This document shows positions 8,298-18,019 of a stretch of DNA of 60,320 nt, piece by piece. The stretch is from Pseudomonadota bacterium (GTDB lineage: Bacteria > Myxococcota_A > Polyangia > Fen-1088): the NCBI GenBank assembly GCA_017881315.1, contig JADGRB010000003.1, positions 1 through 60,320 on the forward strand. The letters are read 5' to 3'. The position numbers and the translations under genes are program-made. Below the pieces are notes generated by a model, which was not told where the DNA came from, did not search any database, and saw only the letters and a program-made list of their open reading frames with translations. Within the stretch, counting starts at the first letter, position 1, and every line of letters begins with the position of its first letter.

Positions 8298-9683
8298 ATG
8301 GACGTTCGATGCGATCGCTGTCAGACCGAATACGAGCTCGATGACGAGAGCGTAGCGGCCGGAGGCGCCTCCGTTCAGTGCACCTCCTGCGGGCACACGT
8401 TCGTCGTCGGTCGGGGACCCCGTCCCGGCCCCCCGGCGCCCGTCCCCACCATATCGACGCCGGGCGGGCCAACGACGTCGTCCTGGATGCTGACGACCGA
8501 GGAGGGGAAGACCCACCGCTTTCGCGATTCGACGACCCTCCAGAAGTGGGTCGTCGAGCGGCGGGTCGGACGCGCCGATCGCGTCTGTCCACCGGGCGGC
8601 GCCTGGCGGCGGCTGGGGGATGTCGACGAGCTACGACCATTTTTCGATGTGGTCGATCAGGCCGATCGGGCGGCGGCGGCCGCGCGTGTGGCGCGACCGA
8701 CGCGGCCGGAGACGCCGCGCGCCTCGGGGCAGGGGCGGAACGCCTACGTTTCTGACGACGCGGACGACGACGATATTCTCACCAGCAACCGTCGGCCGCG
8801 CCAGTCGGCGGTGAGCGCGAGCTTTGCGAGCCTCTCGCCGGAAGAGGATCTGGTCGCGGCGGGTCTCGGCTCTCGGCACGGCGGACGTAAGCTGGCCGGG
8901 GCCGCCGTCTTGGTGCTGGGTGTCCTCGCGGCCTACCTCGGCTTCAAGGGTCCGACCGGATTTCGATTGCCCTGGGGCGCCACCCCGGCGGCCGACAACA
9001 AGGCGGCGCCGGCGCCGGTCTTGACGCCTCCACCCGCCGCGCCGGCCGCGGTTGCCCCGCCGCAGGTGGCTGCGCCCCATCCGGAGCCGGCGCCAGCCGA
9101 ACCACCGGCACCGGCTGCCCCGACTGCCGCGGCCGCGCCGGCCCCCGCCGCGCCTGCCACCCATCCGATCCCCGCACCGCCCGACGAGCCGACCGCCCCC
9201 GCGCAGCCGGAGTCGCCGAAGGCGCGCGTTGGTGCGCCGACCGCCGAGACGGGACGCCCCAAGAGCTACAAGAATCTGGTCGACGACGCGGATCGTGCGC
9301 TCGACAACGGACAGACCGCCAAGGCACAAAAACTCTACGACGAGGCATTGAGGCTGCAGCCCAATGGCGTTGGCGCCGTCGCCGGGATGGCGTACCTGCT
9401 CCTGGATCGGCAAAAGCCGCTCGCGGCGGTCGACATGTTCAGGCGCGCGCTCACCAACGCCCCCGGCTTCGCGCCCGCTCTGTTCGGTCTGGGCGAGGCG
9501 TATCGGCTGGCGGGCCAGCCCGCGAAAGCCATCGAGGCGTACAAAAAGTATCTGGAGTCGTCACCGCCGGGATCGGACGCGCCCGCGGCGCGCCGGCAGA
9601 TACGTGAGCTCGAGAGTCAGGCGGCCGCGTCGCCGCCACGCCAGGAAACGCAGGCGCCCGCGGCGGCGACCTCGCCGCCCTGA
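8298..9683 (+). CDS. Zinc-ribbon / GYF_2-like / TM / Pro-rich / TPR protein
   Basis: CDRC...CTSC ribbon; LQKWVVERRVGRADRVC...WRRLGDVDEL; one TM; Pro/Ala linker; C-terminal TPRs. Confidence 0.8.
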   Translation: MDVRCDRCQTEYELDDESVAAGGASVQCTSCGHTFVVGRGPRPGPPAPVPTISTPGGPTTSSWMLTTEEGKTHRFRDSTTLQKWVVERRVGRADRVCPPGGAWRRLGDVDELRPFFDVVDQADRAAAAARVARPTRPETPRASGQGRNAYVSDDADDDDILTSNRRPRQSAVSASFASLSPEEDLVAAGLGSRHGGRKLAGAAVLVLGVLAAYLGFKGPTGFRLPWGATPAADNKAAPAPVLTPPPAAPAAVAPPQVAAPHPEPAPAEPPAPAAPTAAAAPAPAAPATHPIPAPPDEPTAPAQPESPKARVGAPTAETGRPKSYKNLVDDADRALDNGQTAKAQKLYDEALRLQPNGVGAVAGMAYLLLDRQKPLAAVDMFRRALTNAPGFAPALFGLGEAYRLAGQPAKAIEAYKKYLESSPPGSDAPAARRQIRELESQAAASPPRQETQAPAAATSPP

Positions 9684-9699
9684 CACCCAACTTGCCGTT

Positions 9700-11271
9700 T
9701 CACCCCGCGGGGGGCTGCGACGCTTCGATGAGGTCGGCCATGGTGTCGAGGATGGCAACCAAGCTGTCGACGGGCGCCGCGCCCGCGACCGTGCCGGCGA
9801 ACGCGGGCGGCGCGTCTGCGATCGATGAGGGGTGCGCGAGCAGGTAGCGCGCGGCGCTTCCGTGCCAGAGCGTGAGGACGCCGTCGCCCTGCTGGCGTGC
9901 GACCCGATCTCGCAGATTCACGTCTCCGAGCGGCGCGTCGCCGTGCACGCTGAACTTCTGGTCGAAGGTCGGATCGCCGGTCTTGACGCGCGTGAGCTTG
10001 AGACGGTTCTCGGGGCTGCGTGCCAGCCAGCGGCGGTGCCGCTCGATGCTCGCGCTCGGCTGATCGTGCCCCGCACGTCCGACGGTGGTGTCGAGCTCGA
10101 CCAGCGTCCCGCGGCGGCGCAGCAGCTTGATGGCGATCGGATGGCCGCGGCGGTGGGTATGGATCCGACTGACCTCCAGCTCTTCCTCTTCGACGACGAC
10201 GGCCTCGGGAGGCGCGTCGTCCGGCTCGGTCCCGTCGCCAGCGGCGCCGGCGAGTCGGCCCACGAAATCCCGCCAGTCTCCGGCGGAGACCCGGGGCCGG
10301 CTGTGATCGGCGTAGGGTGCGGCGCGCAGCTCACCCACCGCCAGCGCGACCAGGCCGAGAAGGGACAACGAAAGCTCGACGGGCGACCCCGCGTCGTATC
10401 CCCCGAGCGCCAGCAGACCGAGCCCGTACCCGGTGAGGCGCATTCCCCCCTTGTCGGCGCAGAGCTCGGTCGTCGCGTAGGTCCAGCCGAAGAAGGCGAC
10501 CACGTAAGCGACGCCCGCGAGCGAGCCTGCAGCCGGAAGCTCCATCCGCAGGCCGTAGAGAGCGCTCGCCTGCATGAGGTCGAAGCGGAAGGCGAGGCCC
10601 AGGACGAACAGGATCGTCAGCGTCGCCGCCGTCGCCAGCGGAAGCACAAAGTGGCGCTCGCTCCATGGTCGCGGCGAGAGCAGCAGGGGCGCGCCGGCGG
10701 CGGCGATGACCAGGGTCGCCTCGCCACCCCGCGCCAGCGCGGTGGCGGTCTCCGCCCCCTGCCCCCAGCCGGCGCCCAGGATCGCGACGGCGTGAAGAAT
10801 ACCCGGCAGCGAGAAGAGAACGACGCCCGCCTTGACGCGCGCCAAGGTGGGCGTGCGAATAAAGGCCGCCGCAGTGAGCAGCCCCAGAAACGCGAAGCTG
10901 GTCTCGAGGTACAGAAAAAACCGCGGTGCCAGCTGCCCGCGCAAGATCGCTTGACCGGAAAAAACTGCGAAGACCAGCGCGATGACGACGATCGAGAATC
11001 GCATGGCGCGGGGGTACAGCTCGCCGCGCCGAAGAAGTCCGGAAAACGAGGCGACCAGGACCGACAGCGCGAGGACCGCGGTGAGCTGGAACAAAAATGG
11101 CCCGCAGGCAGCCAGCGCGGCTGCCGCGTGGGACCCCCCGCCCAGGGAGAGCGTGGCGCGGGGAAAAAACAGCCGTCCGGCCAGCCGGTTGAGGCTGAGC
11201 TCGGCAGCGGCGACCGCAACCAAGGCAGCCGTCAGATTCCCAGTGCGCACGCGAGGTCTCGCGGTTTCCAT
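9700..11271 (-). CDS. Polytopic membrane protein of unknown function
   Basis: About 10 hydrophobic segments then a soluble C-terminal domain. Start 11271 or 11301. Confidence 0.65.
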   Translation of the reverse strand: METARPRVRTGNLTAALVAVAAAELSLNRLAGRLFFPRATLSLGGGSHAAAALAACGPFLFQLTAVLALSVLVASFSGLLRRGELYPRAMRFSIVVIALVFAVFSGQAILRGQLAPRFFLYLETSFAFLGLLTAAAFIRTPTLARVKAGVVLFSLPGILHAVAILGAGWGQGAETATALARGGEATLVIAAAGAPLLLSPRPWSERHFVLPLATAATLTILFVLGLAFRFDLMQASALYGLRMELPAAGSLAGVAYVVAFFGWTYATTELCADKGGMRLTGYGLGLLALGGYDAGSPVELSLSLLGLVALAVGELRAAPYADHSRPRVSAGDWRDFVGRLAGAAGDGTEPDDAPPEAVVVEEEELEVSRIHTHRRGHPIAIKLLRRRGTLVELDTTVGRAGHDQPSASIERHRRWLARSPENRLKLTRVKTGDPTFDQKFSVHGDAPLGDVNLRDRVARQQGDGVLTLWHGSAARYLLAHPSSIADAPPAFAGTVAGAAPVDSLVAILDTMADLIEASQPPAG

Positions 11272-11447
11272 CGAGAATGCGCGAGTATACAGGATGGTCA
11301 CCCGGAGGCGCCGCGGCCATCCAGTCCGGTCAAGGGCACCCGGCCATCTGTCGAAGGTTCGATGACGGGCGGTCTCGCGGTTTACAAATTACCAAAGCGG
11401 GACCGTCGACTTTTCATCGCTGTGGTAACATTCTAACTAGGGATCCT

Positions 11448-11759
11448 TTGGTCAGCGTTACTGCCCGAAAAATCCGTGACCATGGCCGGGAGCGCGCCTC
11501 CTTGGGCATCGGGCGAACATATGCGGGTTACCTCATCAGCTATCCCAGCGTCGGGCGCGGCATGGTGATCTTCCGCGATCCGAACGGCCATCGCATGGTC
11601 ACCACCCCGGTCCGGCGAGTGCTGGGCGACGCCGGTGGCGATCAGATCTATGTCGAAACCGAGAACTCGGTCTATCTGCTGACGTTCCGCGCGGAGCCAC
11701 TTCACCAGATGCCGCACGCGCTTGCCGCCGTGACCGGCAGTCGCCACCGCAAGGGTTGA
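11448..11759 (+). CDS. Small hypothetical beta-rich protein
   Basis: Part of ORF 11277..11759; TTG 11448 follows AGGGA and an upstream TG-n-TAACAT; protein-like sequence VTTPVRRV...VETENSVY. Confidence 0.55.
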   Translation: MVSVTARKIRDHGRERASLGIGRTYAGYLISYPSVGRGMVIFRDPNGHRMVTTPVRRVLGDAGGDQIYVETENSVYLLTFRAEPLHQMPHALAAVTGSRHRKG

Positions 11760-11853
11760 CGCTCGGCGAAAAGCTGACGCAGCGGCCCCACCTGCGTAAG
11801 CTGGGCCTGCGCAGGCCCAGGATGACGGATCGGTCTTTGCTCACAATCCCCAC

Positions 11854-13803
11854 ATGATCACCCGCGCGCTCATCTTGGCCGCCGGCAAGGGTGTTTCGAT
11901 CGGCGAGGACGGCCACCCCAACTGCTTGACACAGGTCGGGGGCGCCAGTCTCATCGAACGGACGCTGGGGGTTCTGCTCGATGTCGGCATCCAACGAGTC
12001 GCCATCACGGTCGGTTATGGCGGCGCCGCGGTACGTCGCCATGTCGCGGGCTCGACGCGATTGACGGCGGCGGCCAAGCGGCGCCTGACGTTCTTCGAGA
12101 ATCCACAGTGGGAGGGGCCGAACGGGCTGTCGGTGCTGGCGGCGCGATCGTTCGTCACCGAGCGGACCCTGCTGCTGATGTCGGATCAGATCGCGGCCCC
12201 CGCGCTGCTGCGCGAGCTCGGCGCGCTCCCCGCCGCTTCGGGGCCCACCGTGTTGGCCGTCGATCGGGATCTGCCTCGGGTGTTCGACATCGACGATGCG
12301 ACCAAGGTGAAGCTCACCGCCGATCGGGTCACCGACATCGGCAAAGGCCTCCGGTCCTACGACGCGGTTGGCACCGGGCTCTACGTGATGGCGCCGTCCC
12401 TCTGCCAGACCCTGGAACAGTTGCCGCGGCCGTCCCTGACCGAAGGGGTCGCCGCCGCCGCCCGCGAGGGGTCGGTCGTGGGATACGACGTGGGCGCGAA
12501 GCTCTGGCAGGACGTCGACGCGCCGGAGATGAGGCTTCATGCCGAGTGGCTGCTCCGGGTCTACGGCGACGAGCTGGCGCGCCCCACGATGCAAGCCGAT
12601 CCCTCACACGCGGGCAGCGCGGCCGGGACGCTGGCGCTCATCGAACGACTGCTGGCCGAGAAGGATCAGCCGGGCTACGTCCTCTTCAGCCCCGGGCCGG
12701 TGATGACGTCGGCGCGGGTCAAGGCGGCGCTGGTCCACCACGACGTCTGCCACCGAGACAGCGACTATTCCGCCGTCGTCGAGCGTCTGCAGCAGAAGCT
12801 GCGACCGGTATTCGGCGCCTCGCCCGCGCACGAGATGTTGCTGCTGACCGGCTCGGGCACGGCGGCGATGGAGATGGCGATCTCCTCGGTCGTGGCGCCG
12901 GGGAAGAAGCTGCTGGTCGTGGCCAATGGCGCGTTCGGGGATCGACTGGACGAGATCGCCGCGCTGCACGGCATTCCGCGGGTCACGTTGCGCTTCGTCT
13001 GGGGCCAGCTGCCGAACGTGCGGGAGGTCGCGCGGGCGCTCGAAGGCGATCCGGAGATCTCGACGGTCGCGATGATCCAGCACGAGACCTCCATCGGCCT
13101 TCTGAACCCGGTCGGGGAGATCGGGCGGCTCTGCCGAGCGCGGGGCGTCACCTTGATCGTCGATGCCGTCTCGGCGCTGGGCGCCGAAGACGTCGACGTC
13201 GTGCGCGACGGCGTCGACATCTGCTACTCGTCGGCGAACAAGTGCCTGCACTCGGTCTCTGGCGTGTCGTTCCTCTGTGTCGCACCCGAGGTCTGGCCGC
13301 GGATCGCCGGCATCGCGCCGCGCGTGTACTACCTGGATCTGGTCCGCCACCGGCGCTATCTCGAGGAGCTGCGGCAGACGCCGTTCACGCCCGCGGTTTC
13401 CTCGTTCTTCGCGCTCGAGACCGCGCTCGACGAGCTCTGTGAGCAGGGCGGCGTTCCGGCCCGCCGCGAGCTGTATCGAAAGCGCAGCCTGCGCATTCGC
13501 CGGGTATTCGCCGATCTGGGCTTCGAGTCGTTCACCAACACCGGCCGTGAATCGCACACGATCTCGATGTTGCGCCTGCCCGACGGCCTTTCCGTCGACG
13601 AGCTCTACGACGGAATGAAGGCGCGCGGGTTCATCATCTACCGCGCCAAGGGCGAGCTCGGCACGCGGCATGTCCAGATCGCGAACATGGGCGAGCTGTC
13701 CGACGCGACCATCGACGCTTTTCTGGGCGCGGTCGCGGCCGTCGTCGGCGAAGCGCGTCGCGCCGGGGCCGAGGTCGCGCGCCCGGTGCTCAAGTCGGTT
13801 TGA
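11854..13803 (+). CDS. Fusion of an NTP-transferase (IPCT/LicC/PntC-like cytidylyltransferase) and a class V PLP enzyme (AEP-pyruvate transaminase-like)
   Basis: N-terminal LILAAGKG, NGLSVLAA, DDATKV, WQDVD; C-terminal SPGP, CHRD, GSGTAAME, HETSIG, IVDAVS, SSANKC (PLP Lys). Confidence 0.85.
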   Translation: MITRALILAAGKGVSIGEDGHPNCLTQVGGASLIERTLGVLLDVGIQRVAITVGYGGAAVRRHVAGSTRLTAAAKRRLTFFENPQWEGPNGLSVLAARSFVTERTLLLMSDQIAAPALLRELGALPAASGPTVLAVDRDLPRVFDIDDATKVKLTADRVTDIGKGLRSYDAVGTGLYVMAPSLCQTLEQLPRPSLTEGVAAAAREGSVVGYDVGAKLWQDVDAPEMRLHAEWLLRVYGDELARPTMQADPSHAGSAAGTLALIERLLAEKDQPGYVLFSPGPVMTSARVKAALVHHDVCHRDSDYSAVVERLQQKLRPVFGASPAHEMLLLTGSGTAAMEMAISSVVAPGKKLLVVANGAFGDRLDEIAALHGIPRVTLRFVWGQLPNVREVARALEGDPEISTVAMIQHETSIGLLNPVGEIGRLCRARGVTLIVDAVSALGAEDVDVVRDGVDICYSSANKCLHSVSGVSFLCVAPEVWPRIAGIAPRVYYLDLVRHRRYLEELRQTPFTPAVSSFFALETALDELCEQGGVPARRELYRKRSLRIRRVFADLGFESFTNTGRESHTISMLRLPDGLSVDELYDGMKARGFIIYRAKGELGTRHVQIANMGELSDATIDAFLGAVAAVVGEARRAGAEVARPVLKSV

Positions 13804-13822
13804 TCGGACGCGGGCCTTCGCG

Positions 13823-14602
13823 TCAGCCGACCGTCATGCCGGCGGAGCTCCCCGGGTGGCGCCGGCGGTTCTTGCCATCCCAGGGCACCACGTCTTTCCG
13901 CGACTTGCCGGGCGGCGTTTCCAGCATCTCCAGGCAGGCTTGACCGTTGCTGCCGTCGTAGAGAGGGCAGCGCGACTCGAAGAACCCGGAGGTCGCGAAG
14001 TTCGAGGGGCTGGTGGACGCGTCGTTCGCCGTCGGGTTGACGTCGAGGACATCGTTCGAGGCGGCCCGAAAGCAGCGGGAGACGAACTCGGAGCAGAACA
14101 GGCTGTCCGGGGTCGCGTGGGCGTCCTTGGGATTGAGCGTCCGCCCGAGCAGGATCCGGATGCCCAGCTCGATGAGCCTCCAGTAGCCGTACTTGACGCC
14201 CAGCATGGTGAGCGCGGCATTCAAAAAATCATCTTCCTTGAACACGCCCCGTTCGCGCAGCTCGTGTCGCAGCGACCACCAGTCGACCTTGCCCTCGTAT
14301 CTGCACACCATCTTGCTGGCCGGGAGCACCTCGACCCCGCGCGTGTCGGCCTGGAACGCGACCACGCGGCTATTCCAGCGCGCCAGGATCGCGACGTGCG
14401 AGTAGGGCGAGTCGGAGAGCCGCTCGATCGCGCCCGACAAGAGGCGGTTCCCGCGGAACAGCAGCAGGTCTCCGGTGCGGATCTGCTCTCGGAGCTCCTG
14501 ATACGTCTTCTGCTCGGGATGTACGCGGGACCGCTGCACCTTCCAGCGCTTGCGCACGCTCGGCAGGGCCGGCACGTTCGACGGCGGGTCTTCGGCGCTC
14601 AC
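13823..14602 (-). CDS. Permuted NlpC/P60 (YiiX/YebB-like) papain-like hydrolase or acyltransferase
   Basis: GDLLLFRG, YSHVAI (His), KYG, LFCSEFV (Cys), with His before Cys. GTG 14602 start inferred. Confidence 0.8.
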   Translation of the reverse strand: MSAEDPPSNVPALPSVRKRWKVQRSRVHPEQKTYQELREQIRTGDLLLFRGNRLLSGAIERLSDSPYSHVAILARWNSRVVAFQADTRGVEVLPASKMVCRYEGKVDWWSLRHELRERGVFKEDDFLNAALTMLGVKYGYWRLIELGIRILLGRTLNPKDAHATPDSLFCSEFVSRCFRAASNDVLDVNPTANDASTSPSNFATSGFFESRCPLYDGSNGQACLEMLETPPGKSRKDVVPWDGKNRRRHPGSSAGMTVG

Positions 14603-14681
14603 GAAAAGGAAACTTACCGCAGCCTGAATATTCCTGTCAGCCCGCGCTGACGCCCCCCCGCCGGTGCTAACCTCGGCGTCG

Positions 14682-15728
14682 ATGCGCGCCGCTCTCTTCC
14701 GCCGGCACGGCGGTCCCGAGGTGATGGAGATCGGCGACGTGCCGGTGCCGACGCCGGGGCCGGGGCAAGCGCAGGTTCGCGTCCGGGCGGCGGCGCTGAA
14801 CCACATCGACCTCTGGCTGCGCCGGGGGCTGCCCGCCCTGCAGGTTCCGCTGCCGCACGTTTCGGGCGGTGACGTCTGCGGCGAGGTCTCGGCGCTCGGC
14901 GCTGGCGTCAAGGCGATGGCTGGGACCAACGAGGGGGATCGGGTGGTCGTGAACCCGGGAATTTCTTGCGGCCGCTGCCCGGCCTGTCTCGCTGGGCGCG
15001 ACAATTTCTGCCCCGACTATCAGATGCTGGGCGAGCAGACCTGGGGCGGCCTGGCGGAATACGTGGTCGTCCCGGCCGCCAACCTGGTTCCGGCGCCGCG
15101 CGGACGTATTGCCCTCGACGACGTCCAGCTCGCATCGATTCCGATCGCCTTCATCACGGCGTGGCAGATGCTGGTCGATCGCGCCCGCATCCGGCAGGGG
15201 GAGACGGTTCTGGTTCTCGCCGCCGGCTCGGGCGTGGGGACGGCGTCGATCCAGATCGCGAAACTCTACGGCGCTCGGGTGATCGCGACGGCCTCGACGG
15301 ATGAAAAGCTGGCGGCGGCGCGGGCGCTCGGCGCGGACGAGACCATCAACCACAGCGCATCGGACATCGTGGCCGAGGTGAAGCGGCTCACCGGGAGGCG
15401 CGGCGCGGACATCGTGGTCGACCACGTGGGCGCCGCGACCTTTGGGAAATCCGTGGTGGCCTGCGCGCGCGGCGGGCGGATCGTGGTCTGCGGCGCGACC
15501 ACGGGGTTCGAGCCGGTGTTGAACCTCCGCCATGTCTTCTGGCGGCAGCTCAGCATTCTGGGCTCGACGCTGGCCAGCAAGGCTCGCCTGCCCGAAGTCC
15601 TGGAGCTCTTTGCGGCCGGGCGGCTAAAGCCGGTCGTCGATCAGGTTCAGCCGCTGGAGGCCATTGCCGAAGCCCACCGCCGACTCGAATCTCGGGCGTC
15701 GTTTGGCAAGCTGGTCTTGACGCTGTAA
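14682..15728 (+). CDS. Zinc-binding MDR family oxidoreductase
   Basis: ALNHID, CGRCPAC...C structural Zn motif, AAGSGVG, FGKLVL. Confidence 0.9.
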   Translation: MRAALFRRHGGPEVMEIGDVPVPTPGPGQAQVRVRAAALNHIDLWLRRGLPALQVPLPHVSGGDVCGEVSALGAGVKAMAGTNEGDRVVVNPGISCGRCPACLAGRDNFCPDYQMLGEQTWGGLAEYVVVPAANLVPAPRGRIALDDVQLASIPIAFITAWQMLVDRARIRQGETVLVLAAGSGVGTASIQIAKLYGARVIATASTDEKLAAARALGADETINHSASDIVAEVKRLTGRRGADIVVDHVGAATFGKSVVACARGGRIVVCGATTGFEPVLNLRHVFWRQLSILGSTLASKARLPEVLELFAAGRLKPVVDQVQPLEAIAEAHRRLESRASFGKLVLTL

Positions 15729-15767
15729 CCAGTTGGAATTACATGTGACCTACATATCCCAAAGACC

Positions 15768-15796
15768 TTGACAGCCGGCGCCAGCGACCATAATCT
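15768..15796 (+). promoter_or_regulatory. sigma70-type promoter of the merR-isc operon
   Basis: TTGACA (15768-15773), 17 bp, TAATCT (15791-15796). Confidence 0.75.
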
Positions 15797-15816
15797 AACC
15801 TTTACGTAAGGGTTAG
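15795..15816. promoter_or_regulatory. Dyad operator, probable MerR-family binding site
   Basis: CTAACCTTTAC|GTAAGGGTTAG, 10 of 11 positions paired, overlapping the predicted transcription start. Confidence 0.7.
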
Positions 15817-15821
15817 GTTTT

Positions 15822-16307
15822 ATGGATGTCCTGGCAAATAGTCTGACGCTCCTCAAGGTGGGCGAGCTGGCGAAGCGGACGGGCAAGACCGTCCGGGCGA
15901 TCCACCTCTATGAGGAGCTGGGCCTCATCGCCCCCGCCGTCCGGTCGAAGGGAGGCTTTCGCCTCTACCACGACAAGGCGGCCAAGCGGATCGACTGGAT
16001 CCAGAAGCTGCAGGAGCTGGGGTTCTCGCTGACCGAGATCAAGGCGTTCTTGCGCGACTGGGAGCAGTCCAACGCGGCCCCGAAGGCGATGGACCGGGTG
16101 CGCGAGATCTTTTCCGACAAGCTGCGCGAAACCAAGGAAAACGTGGCGCGCCTCGAGCGGCTGGTCGGCGATCTGACCGAGACCCTCGCCTACATGGACA
16201 GCTGCCGCTCCTGCGAGCCGACCCACAACCAAGCCGAATGCGGGACCTGCGGTATTCACGGCCACGGCGGCCAGGCTCCGCTGCTGGTCGAAGGGATCTC
16301 ACGATGA
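15822..16307 (+). CDS. MerR family transcriptional regulator with C-terminal CxxC-x8-CxxC
   Basis: [26 protein letters not shown]...[14 protein letters not shown], coiled coil, [21 protein letters not shown]. Stop overlaps the iscS ATG. Confidence 0.92.
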   Translation: MDVLANSLTLLKVGELAKRTGKTVRAIHLYEELGLIAPAVRSKGGFRLYHDKAAKRIDWIQKLQELGFSLTEIKAFLRDWEQSNAAPKAMDRVREIFSDKLRETKENVARLERLVGDLTETLAYMDSCRSCEPTHNQAECGTCGIHGHGGQAPLLVEGISR

Positions 16308-17521
16308 CGCTCAAGCTCCCCATCTACATGGACAACCACGCCACCACGCCGGTCGATCCGCGCGTCGTCGAAGCGATGCTGCCGTACTTCACCGAGATCT
16401 TCGGCAACGCGGCCAGCCGCTCGCACAGCTTCGGCTGGACGGCGGAAAAGGCGGTCGAGGCCGCGCGCGATCAGGTCGGCGCGCTGATCGGGGCGTCCGG
16501 CAAGGAGATCGTCTGGACCTCGGGGGCCACCGAGTCCGACAACCTGGCCATCAAGGGAGTGGCCGAGTTCAACAAGGATCGGGGCAACCACATCATCACG
16601 GCGCAGACGGAGCACAAGGCGGTGCTCGACACCTGCAAGCGCCTCGAGAAGGAAGGGTTCGACGTCACCTACCTTCCGGTCGAGCAAGACGGGCGCGTCA
16701 ACCCGGAGACGGTCCGCGCGGCGATGACCGACAAGACCATCCTGGTGTCGATCATGCTCGCCAACAACGAGATCGGAACGGTCAACCCGATCGAGGAGAT
16801 CGGCGCGATCGTCAAGAAGGGAGGCGCGATCTTCCATGTCGACGCCGTGCAGGGCGTCGGCAAGATTCCGTTCGACGTCAACGCGGCGCGCGTCGACCTG
16901 GCGTCCCTGTCGGCGCACAAGATGTACGGGCCCAAAGGGATCGGCGCGCTCTATGTCCGCCGCAAGCCGCGGGTGCGCATCACCGCGCAGATCGACGGGG
17001 GCGGGCACGAGCGAGGCATGCGCTCGGGGACGCTCAACGTTCCGTCCATCGTCGGCTTCGGCAAGGCGGCGGAGCTCTCTCGCACGGAGATGGCGAGCGA
17101 GGCGAAGCGGCTCTTCGCGCTGCGCGAGCGGCTGCGCGAGGGAATTCAGTCGCGGGTCACCGACACCTACATCAATGGCTCGATGGAGCATCGTCTCCCT
17201 GGCAACCTCAACATCAGCTTCGCCTACGTCGAGGGCGAAGGGATGCTGATGGGCCTCAAGGACGTGGCGGTGTCGTCGGGATCGGCCTGCACCTCGGCGT
17301 CGCTCGAGCCGTCGTACGTGCTGCGGGCGGTGGGCGTCGAAGAAGAGATGGCGCACACCTCGATCCGATTCGGCCTCGGGCGTTTCAACACCGAGGAAGA
17401 GGTCGACTACGTGATCGATCTGGTGGTCGGCAAGGTGAAAAAGCTGCGCGAGATCTCTCCGCTTTACGAGATGGCGCAGCAAGGTATCGATCTGAAGAGC
17501 ATCCAATGGGCCGCGCATTGA
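16304..17521 (+). CDS. iscS: Cysteine desulfurase IscS
   Basis: [40 protein letters not shown]-terminal IQWAAH. Confidence 0.97.
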   Translation: MTLKLPIYMDNHATTPVDPRVVEAMLPYFTEIFGNAASRSHSFGWTAEKAVEAARDQVGALIGASGKEIVWTSGATESDNLAIKGVAEFNKDRGNHIITAQTEHKAVLDTCKRLEKEGFDVTYLPVEQDGRVNPETVRAAMTDKTILVSIMLANNEIGTVNPIEEIGAIVKKGGAIFHVDAVQGVGKIPFDVNAARVDLASLSAHKMYGPKGIGALYVRRKPRVRITAQIDGGGHERGMRSGTLNVPSIVGFGKAAELSRTEMASEAKRLFALRERLREGIQSRVTDTYINGSMEHRLPGNLNISFAYVEGEGMLMGLKDVAVSSGSACTSASLEPSYVLRAVGVEEEMAHTSIRFGLGRFNTEEEVDYVIDLVVGKVKKLREISPLYEMAQQGIDLKSIQWAAH

Positions 17522-17557
17522 GCGCCGCCTCGAAGACAACAGGAAGAGACAATCAAC

Positions 17558-18010
17558 ATGGCGTATAGCGAAAAAGTCATCGAGCACTACGAGAACCCGC
17601 GCAACGTGGGGAGCTTCGACAAGGACGACCCGAACGTCGGGACCGGACTGGTCGGCGCGCCCGCCTGCGGTGACGTGATGAAGCTCCAGCTCAAGATCAA
17701 CGACCAAGGGATCATCGAGGACGCGAAGTTCAAGACCTTCGGTTGCGGATCGGCCATCGCCTCGTCGTCGCTGGCGACGGAGTGGGTCAAGGGGATGTCG
17801 ATCGATCAGGCGATGGGAATCAAGAACACGCAGATCGTCGAGGAGCTGAACCTGCCGCCGGTGAAGATTCACTGTTCGGTCCTGGCCGAGGACGCCATCA
17901 AGGGTGCGATCGCCGACTACAAGGCAAAGCGACAGAGTGCGGCCGCGGGCCCTGCCCCGAGCGCCCCGCAGAAGGCCGCCGGCGTGGCGACCCAGAAGGC
18001 AGCCACCTAG
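17558..18010 (+). CDS. iscU: Fe-S scaffold IscU
   Basis: GAPACGD, FGCGSAIAS, LPPVKIHC. Confidence 0.98.
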   Translation: MAYSEKVIEHYENPRNVGSFDKDDPNVGTGLVGAPACGDVMKLQLKINDQGIIEDAKFKTFGCGSAIASSSLATEWVKGMSIDQAMGIKNTQIVEELNLPPVKIHCSVLAEDAIKGAIADYKAKRQSAAAGPAPSAPQKAAGVATQKAAT

Positions 18011-18019
18011 GCGACGGCC

